From Ardenticatenia bacterium (GTDB lineage: Bacteria; Chloroflexota; Anaerolineae; 4572-78; NAK82), in assembly GCA_003130875.1 (NCBI GenBank), contig QEXY01000108.1, positions 3,806 to 67,805 of the forward strand: a DNA stretch of 64,000 bases. The letters are read 5' to 3'. The notes under the pieces were generated by a model. The model saw nothing but the letters and a program-made list of their open reading frames with translations, was not told where the DNA came from and made no database searches. Both the position numbers and the translations under genes were made by a program. Positions 9,894-18,496 of the stretch are shown here, in pieces (the first letter of the stretch is position 1; each line of letters starts with the position of its first letter).

Positions 9894-11473
9894 CGCGCCG
9901 ACCAGGGGCGCCAACGGTACAGTACACCCCCTAACACCAGCAACATTACCAGCAGCGCCGTGATCACTGTGCGCTGGGTATCCCCCAGCGTCAACAACGT
10001 GTCGCCGGTGACCGGCACGGCCGGTGTCGGCAGCGCGGCTGCGGCCGGCGGTGTGGCTGTAGGGGCCGGTAACTCGGCGATTGCCAGCTCCGTGATTTCA
10101 GGCACCGGTGTCGGCGGGGTCACCGGAGTAGGGGGTGGCAACGTGACGCTGGGCAGCAGCGGTGATGGGGTGACCGCGATGAACGGCGTGGCCCCAGGCA
10201 GTGATGTCGGAGGTGGTGGCGTGACGCTGGGCAGCAGTGTCGGAGTGACCGCAGCGAGCGGCGTTACCCCAGGCGGCAAGGTCGGCAGCATGATGGCTGT
10301 GGGCGTCTGCAATGCGACGGCCACCACAGGACCGACCAAGCTGACGCGCGTGATGTCGTACATCCCTTCGCCCGCATCCGCCCACTTCTTCCACGCACGG
10401 ATGAAGACGGTCAGCTGGGGCTGGCGTGCGGTGATGGTGGTGGTGAAGACCTCCATGCGGTAAGACGGCTGGTCGCGAGACTGCTCATCCCACGGCAGTT
10501 CGATCCAGGACTCGACTGCCTGCCAGTTGTTCCCGCCTTGTGGATCGAAACCGATCTGCATCCGATAGCCGTAACCGGTCTGCTGTACATCACCTTGCGG
10601 GGTGCGCACCAAGCCGGCGATGGTGAAAGTATAGACCCCGCCCGGCACCACGTTGACGGTCTGGTGGATGCCCAGGTAGCGGTCGGGAAGGTCAGCGCCG
10701 CGGATGTGCAGCGTCTGGGAGCGCAGTACCTCTCCCGTCATCGTGCGCAACGTGTCGGGATAGCACCAGAAAGTGGCAGCGCCGTTGTGAAAGACTTCCC
10801 ATGCGTCGGCCACCCCACCACGCAAGAATTCGCCGCTGAAGTCGCCGTTGCGCATCACCTCGGCGATGGTGACGCGAGGCAACGGTGCGGCGGGAGAAGG
10901 CAGCGGTGTCGGGGATAGGCGAGCTGTGGGAGTGGCCGTCGGCGATACCTCCTCGGCCACGACGCCCACCTCAACGCTGATCGGCGAAGGGGATGGTGCG
11001 ACGGTGGTGCGCAGAGGTGTCGCCGTGGCGGTGGGCATGGCGGTGGCCGGCCGAGGAGTCGGCGTCGGGACGATGGTCAGCGGGATCAAGGTGGGCGTGG
11101 CCGTGCTGGGCCGCGTTGGGCTGGGCACCACGACGATCGCGGTCGGCGTTGCTGTAGGCGTGACAGTCACCAGAACAGTAACCGTAACTGAGGATGTAGG
11201 CGTCGCGGTGTCTTCAGCCGGCGCGGTGCCCAGGATGACCACCGGCGTGGACGTCGGACTCGGTGAGATGGTCACCGTCGGTGTGCCTGGTGCAGAGACA
11301 ATGGGTGTCGTCGCCGGCGTTGTCACACCCAGCAGCTGGCGCAACGCTTCGGGTGGCACGCTGCGCAGCGCAGCATAGGCAACCAGCAAGAGCAAGAGGA
11401 CAAGCAGCAACAAGAGCAGGAGGACGCGGACGAACAAAGGGGCGCCTCTCAGGCCAGTAGGTCGTGTGCTCAT
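9890..11473 (-). CDS. Pro/Thr-rich surface protein with a central CBM-like beta-sandwich domain and TM segments at both ends
   Basis: Start at ATG 11471-11473 (MSTRPTGLRGAPLFVRVLLLLLLLV...). Long P/T/S/V low-complexity linkers flank a globular block NGDFSGEF..WEVFHNGAATFW..YRMQIGFDPQGG... C-terminus is LLVMLLVLGGVLYRWRPWSAR. Confidence 0.7.
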   Translation of the reverse strand: MSTRPTGLRGAPLFVRVLLLLLLLVLLLLLVAYAALRSVPPEALRQLLGVTTPATTPIVSAPGTPTVTISPSPTSTPVVILGTAPAEDTATPTSSVTVTVLVTVTPTATPTAIVVVPSPTRPSTATPTLIPLTIVPTPTPRPATAMPTATATPLRTTVAPSPSPISVEVGVVAEEVSPTATPTARLSPTPLPSPAAPLPRVTIAEVMRNGDFSGEFLRGGVADAWEVFHNGAATFWCYPDTLRTMTGEVLRSQTLHIRGADLPDRYLGIHQTVNVVPGGVYTFTIAGLVRTPQGDVQQTGYGYRMQIGFDPQGGNNWQAVESWIELPWDEQSRDQPSYRMEVFTTTITARQPQLTVFIRAWKKWADAGEGMYDITRVSLVGPVVAVALQTPTAIMLPTLPPGVTPLAAVTPTLLPSVTPPPPTSLPGATPFIAVTPSPLLPSVTLPPPTPVTPPTPVPEITELAIAELPAPTATPPAAAALPTPAVPVTGDTLLTLGDTQRTVITALLVMLLVLGGVLYRWRPWSAR

Positions 11474-11629
11474 CGTCGTTTCTCCCAATCCTCGTGATGA
11501 ACCGCTGTCCAAGTGAAAAGATCCCGCCCAGGTTGCGGACTCCTGGCAGGCGCGTGGGAATAACAAGAGACAAGAGCGCGATTTTCCTTATGGAACAGTA
11601 TAACACACTGTTGGGCTTATGTCAACAGA

Positions 11630-11719
11630 GAGGGTGTTGAAAAACTCTTTAGTTACCCGCTTTATTGACCCATTTTCCTATGAAAATCTGAGCGGTCAAG
11701 GGACTTTTTCAACACCCTC
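11630..11719 (+). mobile_element. 90-bp MITE-like element, copy 1
   Basis: Terminal inverted repeats GAGGGTGTTGAAAAA ... TTTTTCAACACCCTC. Near-identical to 60626..60715 (same orientation) and 25306..25395 (inverted). No flanking direct repeat at this copy. Confidence 0.85.
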
Positions 11720-11732
11720 ATGCTGATCCCTC

Positions 11733-11761
11733 TTGCATATGATGTTGAAATATGGTATCAT
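11733..11761 (+). promoter_or_regulatory. Putative sigma-70-type promoter of the CHAT cassette
   Basis: TTGCAT (11733-11738), 17-nt spacer, TATCAT (11756-11761), about 140 nt upstream of the CHAT start. Confidence 0.4.
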
Positions 11762-11900
11762 GTTATGGAAAGTCCGCGCGGACGAGGGTGTGCCGAAGCG
11801 GTCTCGCAGATTAATAAGCCCATACAACAACCGCCTGCTCCCAAAAACCATGGGGCAGGCGACTTTGTTGTATGGCTGTCACCATGCAAGGGGGAAGCTT

Positions 11901-13322
11901 ATGCGTTACGTGGACTTTACGATCCGTGCCCGCGACTGGCAGGATGGCCATTTCAAGGTGGAGGTCACCCAGTCGCCGCTGGACCGCATGCGGGAACCGG
12001 AACAGGTCAGCCAGCTGCCCAACCTGGTGCGCCATCTGCGCAATTTGGAGCGCAAACGGATTTCCACACCAGATTTGCGCGCGCTGGGCAAACAGCTGGC
12101 CGAGATGTTGTTGCCCCCCACGGTGCGCGAGATGTTCTTCGCCAGCATGGCCGCGCTCGACCCGGAAAGCGGGCTGCGCCTGCGGCTGGTGCTGGACGAC
12201 CTGCGCGTGGCCAACCTGCCATGGGAGTATCTCTACCTGTCACCGCTCAAGGAGGAACACACGCCTTATGGCTTTCTGGCACTGGACGCGCGCATTTCGA
12301 TCGTGCGTCACGAGGCGATCCCCATCGCCCCCGGTTCCGTGGGCGCCCGTCTTCCTCTCAAGCTGGTGGTGGGCTTTGCCTCGCCGGCGCAGTGCCCCCG
12401 CCTGGATCTCGCCACCGAACGCGAATATATTGCGAAAGCCCTGGACGGTGTCGCCAGCGTCCAGGTCACCTTCGTGGAGCATCTGACGGCCGAGCGCCTG
12501 GAGGTGGCCTGCCAAGGCGCCCACATGTTCCACTTCGCCGGCCACGCCGGCTTTATGTGGCAGGACAACGGGCGCACGGCTGGATACGGCGCCATTTTCC
12601 TCGAAGACGCACAAGGTGACCTCAGCCCGATGCCGGTCGAACAGTTAGCCCAGACATTGCGCCGCTGCGGCGTGCGCGTCGTCTTCCTAGGCGGTTGCGA
12701 GACAGGCCGGCGCGACGGAGTCAATGCATGGAGCGGCGTGGCGCCTGCACTGATGCGCGTCGGCATTCCCGCTGCCGTCGCCATGCAATACGCCATCTAC
12801 GATGAGGCGGCCATCGCCTTTGCCCACCGTTTCTATGCGGCGCTGTCCGCCGGATTGTCTCTGGACGAGGCCGTGACAGCCGGCCGGCTCGCCATTTTGG
12901 GCCGTGGCAAGGAGGCAGGCACCGAATGGGGAGTGCCGGTGCTCTACATGCGCTCCAGCGATGGGGTGATCTTCCCCGAGATGGCTGCCGACCCATCCCT
13001 GGAAGCGTTCCGCCACGCCCAGCGCGTGCACGTCTCCCAACAGGTGCGGCAACTACGCGACCGTCTGACCGGCATCGAAGTCGGCCAGGCACCCCACACC
13101 ACGCTGGAGGTGACCCAGGAGATCGGCCGGGTCGCTCCCGGCGGTGAAGCGCTCGGCGCGCGCATCGAAAGCATCGCCGCCGGGGTCATCCACGCCATCC
13201 AAAAAGTGGAACACATCGGTCCAGGCGGCAAGCTCACCGGCATCAGCCTGCGCCGAACGGGAGACCGGTCCGCCCAGGCCCTACAGCCCGATGAAGCGCG
13301 AGTGTTGAGGAGAGAACGATGA
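11901..13322 (+). CDS. CHAT-domain (caspase-like) protease
   Basis: Start at ATG 11901 behind GGGGGAAG. The N-terminal FTIRARDWQDGHFKVEVTQSP opening is typical of CHAT proteins. Catalytic-dyad contexts HMFHFAGHAG and VVFLGGCETG. The stop overlaps the next ATG (ATGA at 13319-13322). Confidence 0.85.
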   Translation: MRYVDFTIRARDWQDGHFKVEVTQSPLDRMREPEQVSQLPNLVRHLRNLERKRISTPDLRALGKQLAEMLLPPTVREMFFASMAALDPESGLRLRLVLDDLRVANLPWEYLYLSPLKEEHTPYGFLALDARISIVRHEAIPIAPGSVGARLPLKLVVGFASPAQCPRLDLATEREYIAKALDGVASVQVTFVEHLTAERLEVACQGAHMFHFAGHAGFMWQDNGRTAGYGAIFLEDAQGDLSPMPVEQLAQTLRRCGVRVVFLGGCETGRRDGVNAWSGVAPALMRVGIPAAVAMQYAIYDEAAIAFAHRFYAALSAGLSLDEAVTAGRLAILGRGKEAGTEWGVPVLYMRSSDGVIFPEMAADPSLEAFRHAQRVHVSQQVRQLRDRLTGIEVGQAPHTTLEVTQEIGRVAPGGEALGARIESIAAGVIHAIQKVEHIGPGGKLTGISLRRTGDRSAQALQPDEARVLRRER

Positions 13323-15043
13323 CCGAGCCGGGAATGCGTCTGCGCCAATTGCAACAAATCCCCCTCTTCGCTTTGCGTCAGGCAATGGATCAGCTGCTGG
13401 CGGACGAGAAGACCGAGGCAATCTTACAGCGGCGGTTCGGCCACATCTTCAATCGTCGGCTCCACCACATGCGCCAGGCGATCGCGCGGATGAGCCGCGA
13501 GCAGCTCACCGCCCTGGTGGACGCCTGCCCTGAAATCAGCGATGAGCAGATCGCACAGTTGTTCGAACAATATCGTTTCGGCAGCAATCCCGTGCTCCAG
13601 GTGTACCTCTTCGACAAGACCGTCCTGCGCCGCGATGCTCTCCAGGATCTACATGGCCGCCTGGAGCAAGAGCTGGCTGCCTTCAATCAACCACGCCACG
13701 AGGGTCTTCCGGCGCTGCGCCAGTTGGCCGTCTTTGCACTGATCTCCTTGCCAGAGCAACCGGGCGTTGTAGAGGGGGTCTATCGCTTCCAGACTCGCCT
13801 CGATTACATCGATGCCAACGAGCACGCCGCCTGTACCTATCAGACGCTCTACGGCCTGTTCTGGCTGAGCCCGACGGAGGGCTACCTCACCGTCCAAGTG
13901 CGCAACACCGAGGTGCTGAAGGTACTTAAGGGTGCATTGGAGCGCGCCATGGGCATCTCGTTAGCCCCTTTGGTGATCTCCAAACAGCTTAAGAATGCGC
14001 TGCCGTTCCTGCTGCGCGAGTCCTTCCGCTTCGGCCGGTTGCACGACCCCGACCCAGGTCCGGGACGCTTCCGCTGGCTGACCATCGCCGACGACAACGC
14101 CTATGCCCGGGGGTATCAGGATCTGGAAGAGCGCTATCCGGAAGTGCACAGCGTCCGCTACCGCGAGACGTTGGGCGAGGACCGCGAGACAACGCTCACC
14201 ATTCGCTGTGACCGTGGCGCCTTGAGCCTGAGCGGCATCCTCAGCGCCGCGCAGCTGCGCGCCTGGACACTGGACCGCCTTGGGCAGCTGATCAGCCTGC
14301 TGAATGAATTTCGCCCCAACGCTCCGGCATACGCGACAGGGACGTCCGACCTGGAACAGCTGCCCCCACTGAGTCCCTTCAGCATCATCCAGCGCCATCA
14401 CGTCCGCCGGATCATCTCCGCGTTGTTGACGGTGAAACAATCCCCGCTTTTAGGTTATCACCCACTCGACGTGGATCCTTTGCAGCTGGCCCACGACATG
14501 GGCACCTGGATGCGTCTGCAAATCCCTGTGGAGCACCCGGCGATGTCCGAGGAGAGCGAAGGCTACCTGGCCTGTCCGACGTGCGGTGGCACCACCACCT
14601 TTGCCCTGCAGCGGCGCAACGGCGGCTGGGAGTTGGGGTGTCGCGAACACCGCCAGCAGCGCTGGGCAGCCCCCTTGCCCCTCATCATAGGTGAGACGGA
14701 GACGCAAGAGACTTTCACCCTCGACGCCGAAGAGCTTGCCACTACGATGGAACTGCTCCCTTCAGAAGCGTTGCGGCAGATCATCGCTGAGGTGATCAAC
14801 CGCCACCTGCCCGGCCATACCTTTGACTTGAAGCGCGAGAGCTTCATCATCCGTGGCCCTCACCTGCGCTACTACCCAGATAAATCACAGGTGTACGACA
14901 GCGCACAATCCGGCGCCCGGACGGTCATCTATGTGAGCCAGCACATCGCCCACCTCGAAGGAGGTGAGGTCGTGGGCGTCAAACCAGAAGGCAGCGAGAT
15001 CGAAGTGCGCACCAGCTGCGCCTCCGCGACGCCATCGGACTGA
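13319..15043 (+). CDS. Hypothetical 574-aa protein, translationally coupled partner of the CHAT protease
   Basis: Long ORF with composition typical of this genome's coding regions. Contains a zinc-ribbon-like CPTCGG(x18)GCREH. I recognise no family. Confidence 0.75.
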   Translation: MTEPGMRLRQLQQIPLFALRQAMDQLLADEKTEAILQRRFGHIFNRRLHHMRQAIARMSREQLTALVDACPEISDEQIAQLFEQYRFGSNPVLQVYLFDKTVLRRDALQDLHGRLEQELAAFNQPRHEGLPALRQLAVFALISLPEQPGVVEGVYRFQTRLDYIDANEHAACTYQTLYGLFWLSPTEGYLTVQVRNTEVLKVLKGALERAMGISLAPLVISKQLKNALPFLLRESFRFGRLHDPDPGPGRFRWLTIADDNAYARGYQDLEERYPEVHSVRYRETLGEDRETTLTIRCDRGALSLSGILSAAQLRAWTLDRLGQLISLLNEFRPNAPAYATGTSDLEQLPPLSPFSIIQRHHVRRIISALLTVKQSPLLGYHPLDVDPLQLAHDMGTWMRLQIPVEHPAMSEESEGYLACPTCGGTTTFALQRRNGGWELGCREHRQQRWAAPLPLIIGETETQETFTLDAEELATTMELLPSEALRQIIAEVINRHLPGHTFDLKRESFIIRGPHLRYYPDKSQVYDSAQSGARTVIYVSQHIAHLEGGEVVGVKPEGSEIEVRTSCASATPSD

Positions 15044-15058
15044 GGGAACTGTTCTCGC

Positions 15059-15092
15059 GAAAGACGCGGAGGCTATGACCTCCGCGTCTTTC
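15059..15092. terminator. Bidirectional stem-loop between convergent genes
   Basis: Perfect 14-bp inverted repeat GAAAGACGCGGAGG / CCTCCGCGTCTTTC with a 6-nt loop. It lies between the stop at 15043 (+) and the stop at 15149 (-). Confidence 0.7.
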
Positions 15093-15148
15093 GTGTTGGA
15101 GCGCACGTTTCGTGTCCAAAATGTGCGCCGCGGCGCGACGGGCTGCCC

Positions 15149-16357
15149 TCAGCTGCGCCCGACGCTCCAGATACCATCCGGCCGGCGCAAGCTGAGCAGC
15201 AGCTCCTCCAGGTTGCGTGAGAGCGGCTCCGCACCGTGCTCGCGGATGACGTAGCCAGCTTCTAAACGCGCCCCGTGGAAGACCGGATGGCCGAACATGC
15301 TGACGTCGATGCACACTGTCAGATTCGGCTGCAACACTTCCTCGCTGTTCGGCCCGAAGAAGGGGCGCTCGAACTCGTTCAAACCCACCGTGTGCACGAA
15401 ACCCATCGTCAGGTAAGGACCATATCCCAGGCGGCTCAGAAACTCACGCGGCACGGCGTCGATCTCCTTGCCCTTCTTGCCCGGCTTCAGCGCATCGCGC
15501 GTGACCTCTAGGGCATCGGCCAGGTGGCCCAGGAAGGTCGCCTGCTCCGAGGTGGGCGGATGGTTGACCGCAAATGTGCACGCGACGCCGGCAGCGTAGC
15601 CGCGATACTTCGGGCTGAAGCCGACCAACACCAGCTCGCCCGCCTGCATCTGCTTGAAGGAAGCCGGCGGCACCACCCCGTTGAGGCGCACACCCGAGGC
15701 GACCATGCCGCGGAAGTTCCATCCATCGATGCCCAATGCGCGCATCCGTCCTTCGGCGGCGCCGATGACCGTGAACTCGGTGGTGCCCGGCCGGATGTGT
15801 GGAATGGCGGCCTTGAGCCCTTCCGCCCCCGCCTCGAAGGCGTAGCGCATCACGGCGATCTCCGCCTCGCTCTTGATGGCGCGCATCACTTCGTATTCAC
15901 GCGTCATATCGACGAATTCAACGCCCGGCAACGCCTCGTGCATCGCCACCGCCAGGCCGTGCGGCATCACGCCATAGCCCACCACGCCCAGCCGGCGCAG
16001 CGGCCTATCTCCCAATGCCTCGGCGAGAACCTCCGGCAAGGTCTGGATGACCGCGCCGGGATATTCCTCCTCCGGCACCAGGAAGACGTCGACCGCGCGC
16101 AAATTCTGGATGGCCGAGACTTCGCGCGCATACGGCGCTGCCTCCGGGCCGCCCAACAGCAGCGGCTCACCCTCCAGCGGCAGCAGCACACCTCCCGATT
16201 CGATGATGGGCCAGTAACCGGTCAGGTAACAACCGTTCGCCATGTTGAGGTCGTCGTGGTAGACGAACAAGGCGTCCACCTGCGCCGCGCGCATCAGCCG
16301 GCGCACTTTCTCGATACGTTCTGTGTATTCACTGCGTGGGATCTCGGGCGGAATCAT
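15149..16357 (-). CDS. M24-family Xaa-Pro peptidase/creatinase-like hydrolase
   Basis: Creatinase-like N-domain followed by a pita-bread C-domain (..AEIAVMRYAFE..GTTEFTV..VGFSPKYRGYAAGVACTF..). Start at ATG 16355-16357 behind GAGGAGG. Confidence 0.8.
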   Translation of the reverse strand: MIPPEIPRSEYTERIEKVRRLMRAAQVDALFVYHDDLNMANGCYLTGYWPIIESGGVLLPLEGEPLLLGGPEAAPYAREVSAIQNLRAVDVFLVPEEEYPGAVIQTLPEVLAEALGDRPLRRLGVVGYGVMPHGLAVAMHEALPGVEFVDMTREYEVMRAIKSEAEIAVMRYAFEAGAEGLKAAIPHIRPGTTEFTVIGAAEGRMRALGIDGWNFRGMVASGVRLNGVVPPASFKQMQAGELVLVGFSPKYRGYAAGVACTFAVNHPPTSEQATFLGHLADALEVTRDALKPGKKGKEIDAVPREFLSRLGYGPYLTMGFVHTVGLNEFERPFFGPNSEEVLQPNLTVCIDVSMFGHPVFHGARLEAGYVIREHGAEPLSRNLEELLLSLRRPDGIWSVGRS

Positions 16358-16423
16358 CGGGAATACCTCCTCGTTGAGCAATTGAGTGGATGGATAGGCA
16401 GAAAGGGGGTCTCCCCCCTGCGT

Positions 16424-17332
16424 CTACGGTTCGTAATGGCGCTTCCACTCCTCGCAGAAGTCGCGCAAAGTGTGGAAGCGGGCGCCGAGGCGCTTCATCT
16501 CGGTGATGAAGATGTCCAGCTCATCCAGCGCACGCTGCCCACAATTCTGCACCAGCCACGGCTTGAACTCAATGCGCGCCTCATCCGTGTCCAGCACTGT
16601 GGGCATCGGCACGAACTCCCATGGGTGGAGATACAGGCAGACCATCATCGGCTTGCCCGCCGCCCACATCCTCTCGGCATTGCGACGCACCATATCGGCC
16701 AGATGGCGGCCGCCGTGGGTACGCAATTTGGGCCAACCGTCGCGGTCGCGATGGTCGGGCAGCTCGCCCGGCACCGTCAGGTCGGCGAACAGAGGCACCT
16801 CCAGGATGCGCAGGTCACCCGGTTTGCGCCAGTCTTGGGCAGACGGATGGTAGGGCAACAGGTGCTCGCCGTGGAAATAGGCCATATAGGAAGAATCGAC
16901 CCAGTAGCCCAGCTGGTCGAGCGCCTGGATCATCTCATTGCCACCCCAGCCACGTGGCGCCCGAAACGACACCGGCCGCACGCCGGCGCGCTCCTCGATC
17001 AGCGCGGTGGCCTTCCTGAGACGGTTGAAGACCTCCTCCGGCAGCACCGGCGGGATGCCCGGCGCTTCAAAAATAGGGGTGCCAACGCTCTCGTGTTGCA
17101 ACGTGTGGCAGCCGATCTCGTGACCGGCAGCCTTCACCATCGCGAGCGACTCAGGGCCGGCCAGCGCGGCATTGCCAGTGTACAAAAACGTGGCCGGCAC
17201 CTGATGATGTGCCAGCACCTGCAAAATCGGGGCAGTGCCTTCGATCACCCCTTGGTACGTGTTGCCCCAACTGCCGATGTCGCTTTCCATGTCAAAAGAG
17301 ATGAGCACGTAGAGCGCGTGATCGGTGTTCAT
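16424..17332 (-). CDS. Polysaccharide deacetylase (CE4)-family protein
   Basis: Start at ATG 17330-17332 behind GAGGTGA (MNTDHALYVLISFDMESD...). Motifs FDME(S)D, HEIGCHTLQHE and SFRAPRGW are typical of CE4-like deacetylases. Confidence 0.75.
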   Translation of the reverse strand: MNTDHALYVLISFDMESDIGSWGNTYQGVIEGTAPILQVLAHHQVPATFLYTGNAALAGPESLAMVKAAGHEIGCHTLQHESVGTPIFEAPGIPPVLPEEVFNRLRKATALIEERAGVRPVSFRAPRGWGGNEMIQALDQLGYWVDSSYMAYFHGEHLLPYHPSAQDWRKPGDLRILEVPLFADLTVPGELPDHRDRDGWPKLRTHGGRHLADMVRRNAERMWAAGKPMMVCLYLHPWEFVPMPTVLDTDEARIEFKPWLVQNCGQRALDELDIFITEMKRLGARFHTLRDFCEEWKRHYEP

Positions 17333-17662
17333 CGTTGTCACCTCATATGCCTCCGTGGCTGAGATAAAGAGTGTCTCCATCATAGTCCGGAGCGACGAAC
17401 AGGGCAACTGAAGAGGCAAGGTGGGTGTATGGCACCACAGAGCCCGTAAAGATTTGGTCATTTTCGGCCTTACCTCCCGGAGATGTGAGGCAACCCTTGT
17501 GGTTGTTTCCCGCCGCCGAGCACGCAGAGGTCGCAGAGAACAGCAAGCAATCAAGGGAAAAAATCTGTCGGTGGTCTCGGCACTCTCTGTGGCGAGAGAA
17601 ACCCACCGTCGGCCAATGCTCTCATTCGCCCTCAAACAGCAATACCCCAGTGCATGATAGTG

Positions 17663-17691
17663 TTGACGCTCCCGAGAGAACCTGCTAAGAT
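17663..17691 (+). promoter_or_regulatory. Putative promoter of pcm
   Basis: TTGACG, 17-nt spacer, TAAGAT, about 50 nt upstream of ATG 17741. Confidence 0.4.
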
Positions 17692-17740
17692 ATCAGTGAA
17701 TAAACGGGGAATCATCTATAGAGTTTCAGGAGGCCTTTCT

Positions 17741-18496
17741 ATGCGCAAGCCTGTGCCCTGGGTGATCGCAGGGGTGCTGGTGATCGTGACGGTCATGATC
17801 TTCGTCATGCGCACGTTCCCTGCGCCGCGCTCGATCGCCCGTGAGACACCCACCATGCCGCCGGACGACCGCCGCGAAGAACGCCTGCGCATGGTGGAGC
17901 TGCAGATCCGCGCGCGCGGCATCACCGACCCGCGCGTGCTCGCCGCCATGGAAAAGGTGCCGCGCCATGCATTCGTGCCCGCCGATGTGCTCGATCAAGC
18001 TTACAACGACTATCCGCTGCCCATCGGCTACGGGCAGACCATCTCACAGCCATACATCGTGGCGGTGATGACCGAGCTGCTCAAGCTCAAGCCGGGCGAA
18101 AAGGCGCTTGAGATCGGCACCGGCTCCGGTTACCAAGCTGCCATCCTGGCCGAAATCACCGACCAGGTGTACTCTATCGAGATCATTCCCCAGCTGGCCG
18201 AGCGTGCCCGCGCCACACTTGATCGCATGGGCTACCACTACGTGGTGACCCGCCAAGGGGATGGCTACTGGGGCTGGCCGGAACATGCCCCCTTCGACGC
18301 CATCATCGTCACTGCGGCGCCCGACCACGTGCCCCAGCCCTTGTTGCAGCAGCTGGCCGACGGCGGGCGCATGGTGATCCCCGTCGGGCCACCAGGAGGG
18401 TATCAAAGCTTGTGGCTCATCACTCGCGAGGGCGACGAGTACCACAACTTCAACTGGGGCGGTGTGTCCTTCGTCCCTCTGACACGGCTGGAATAG
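17741..18496 (+). CDS. pcm: Protein-L-isoaspartate O-methyltransferase with an N-terminal TM anchor
   Basis: PRHAFVP..YNDYPLPIGYGQTISQPYIVAVMTELL..LEIGTGSGYQAAILA are PCMT hallmarks. Start at ATG 17741 behind CAGGAGG. Confidence 0.9.
   Translation: MRKPVPWVIAGVLVIVTVMIFVMRTFPAPRSIARETPTMPPDDRREERLRMVELQIRARGITDPRVLAAMEKVPRHAFVPADVLDQAYNDYPLPIGYGQTISQPYIVAVMTELLKLKPGEKALEIGTGSGYQAAILAEITDQVYSIEIIPQLAERARATLDRMGYHYVVTRQGDGYWGWPEHAPFDAIIVTAAPDHVPQPLLQQLADGGRMVIPVGPPGGYQSLWLITREGDEYHNFNWGGVSFVPLTRLE

Noticed and set aside
9960-11380. Repetitive GC-rich DNA with several overlapping ORFs on both strands
   Set aside because: It is explained by the Pro/Thr-rich linkers of the 9890..11473 gene. The other frames (Gly/Val-rich) are shadows.
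16401-16419. G5-loop-C6 hairpin followed by TTTC on the minus strand, between the deacetylase and peptidase genes
   Set aside because: The stem is only about 5 bp and the U-tract is very short. That is too weak to call a terminator.
17340-17400. CTGAGA followed by CCGGAGCG, reminiscent of a TPP riboswitch core
   Set aside because: It lacks the ACCTGATC/pyrimidine-sensor helix elements, and no thiamine-related gene lies downstream. I judged it a chance match.
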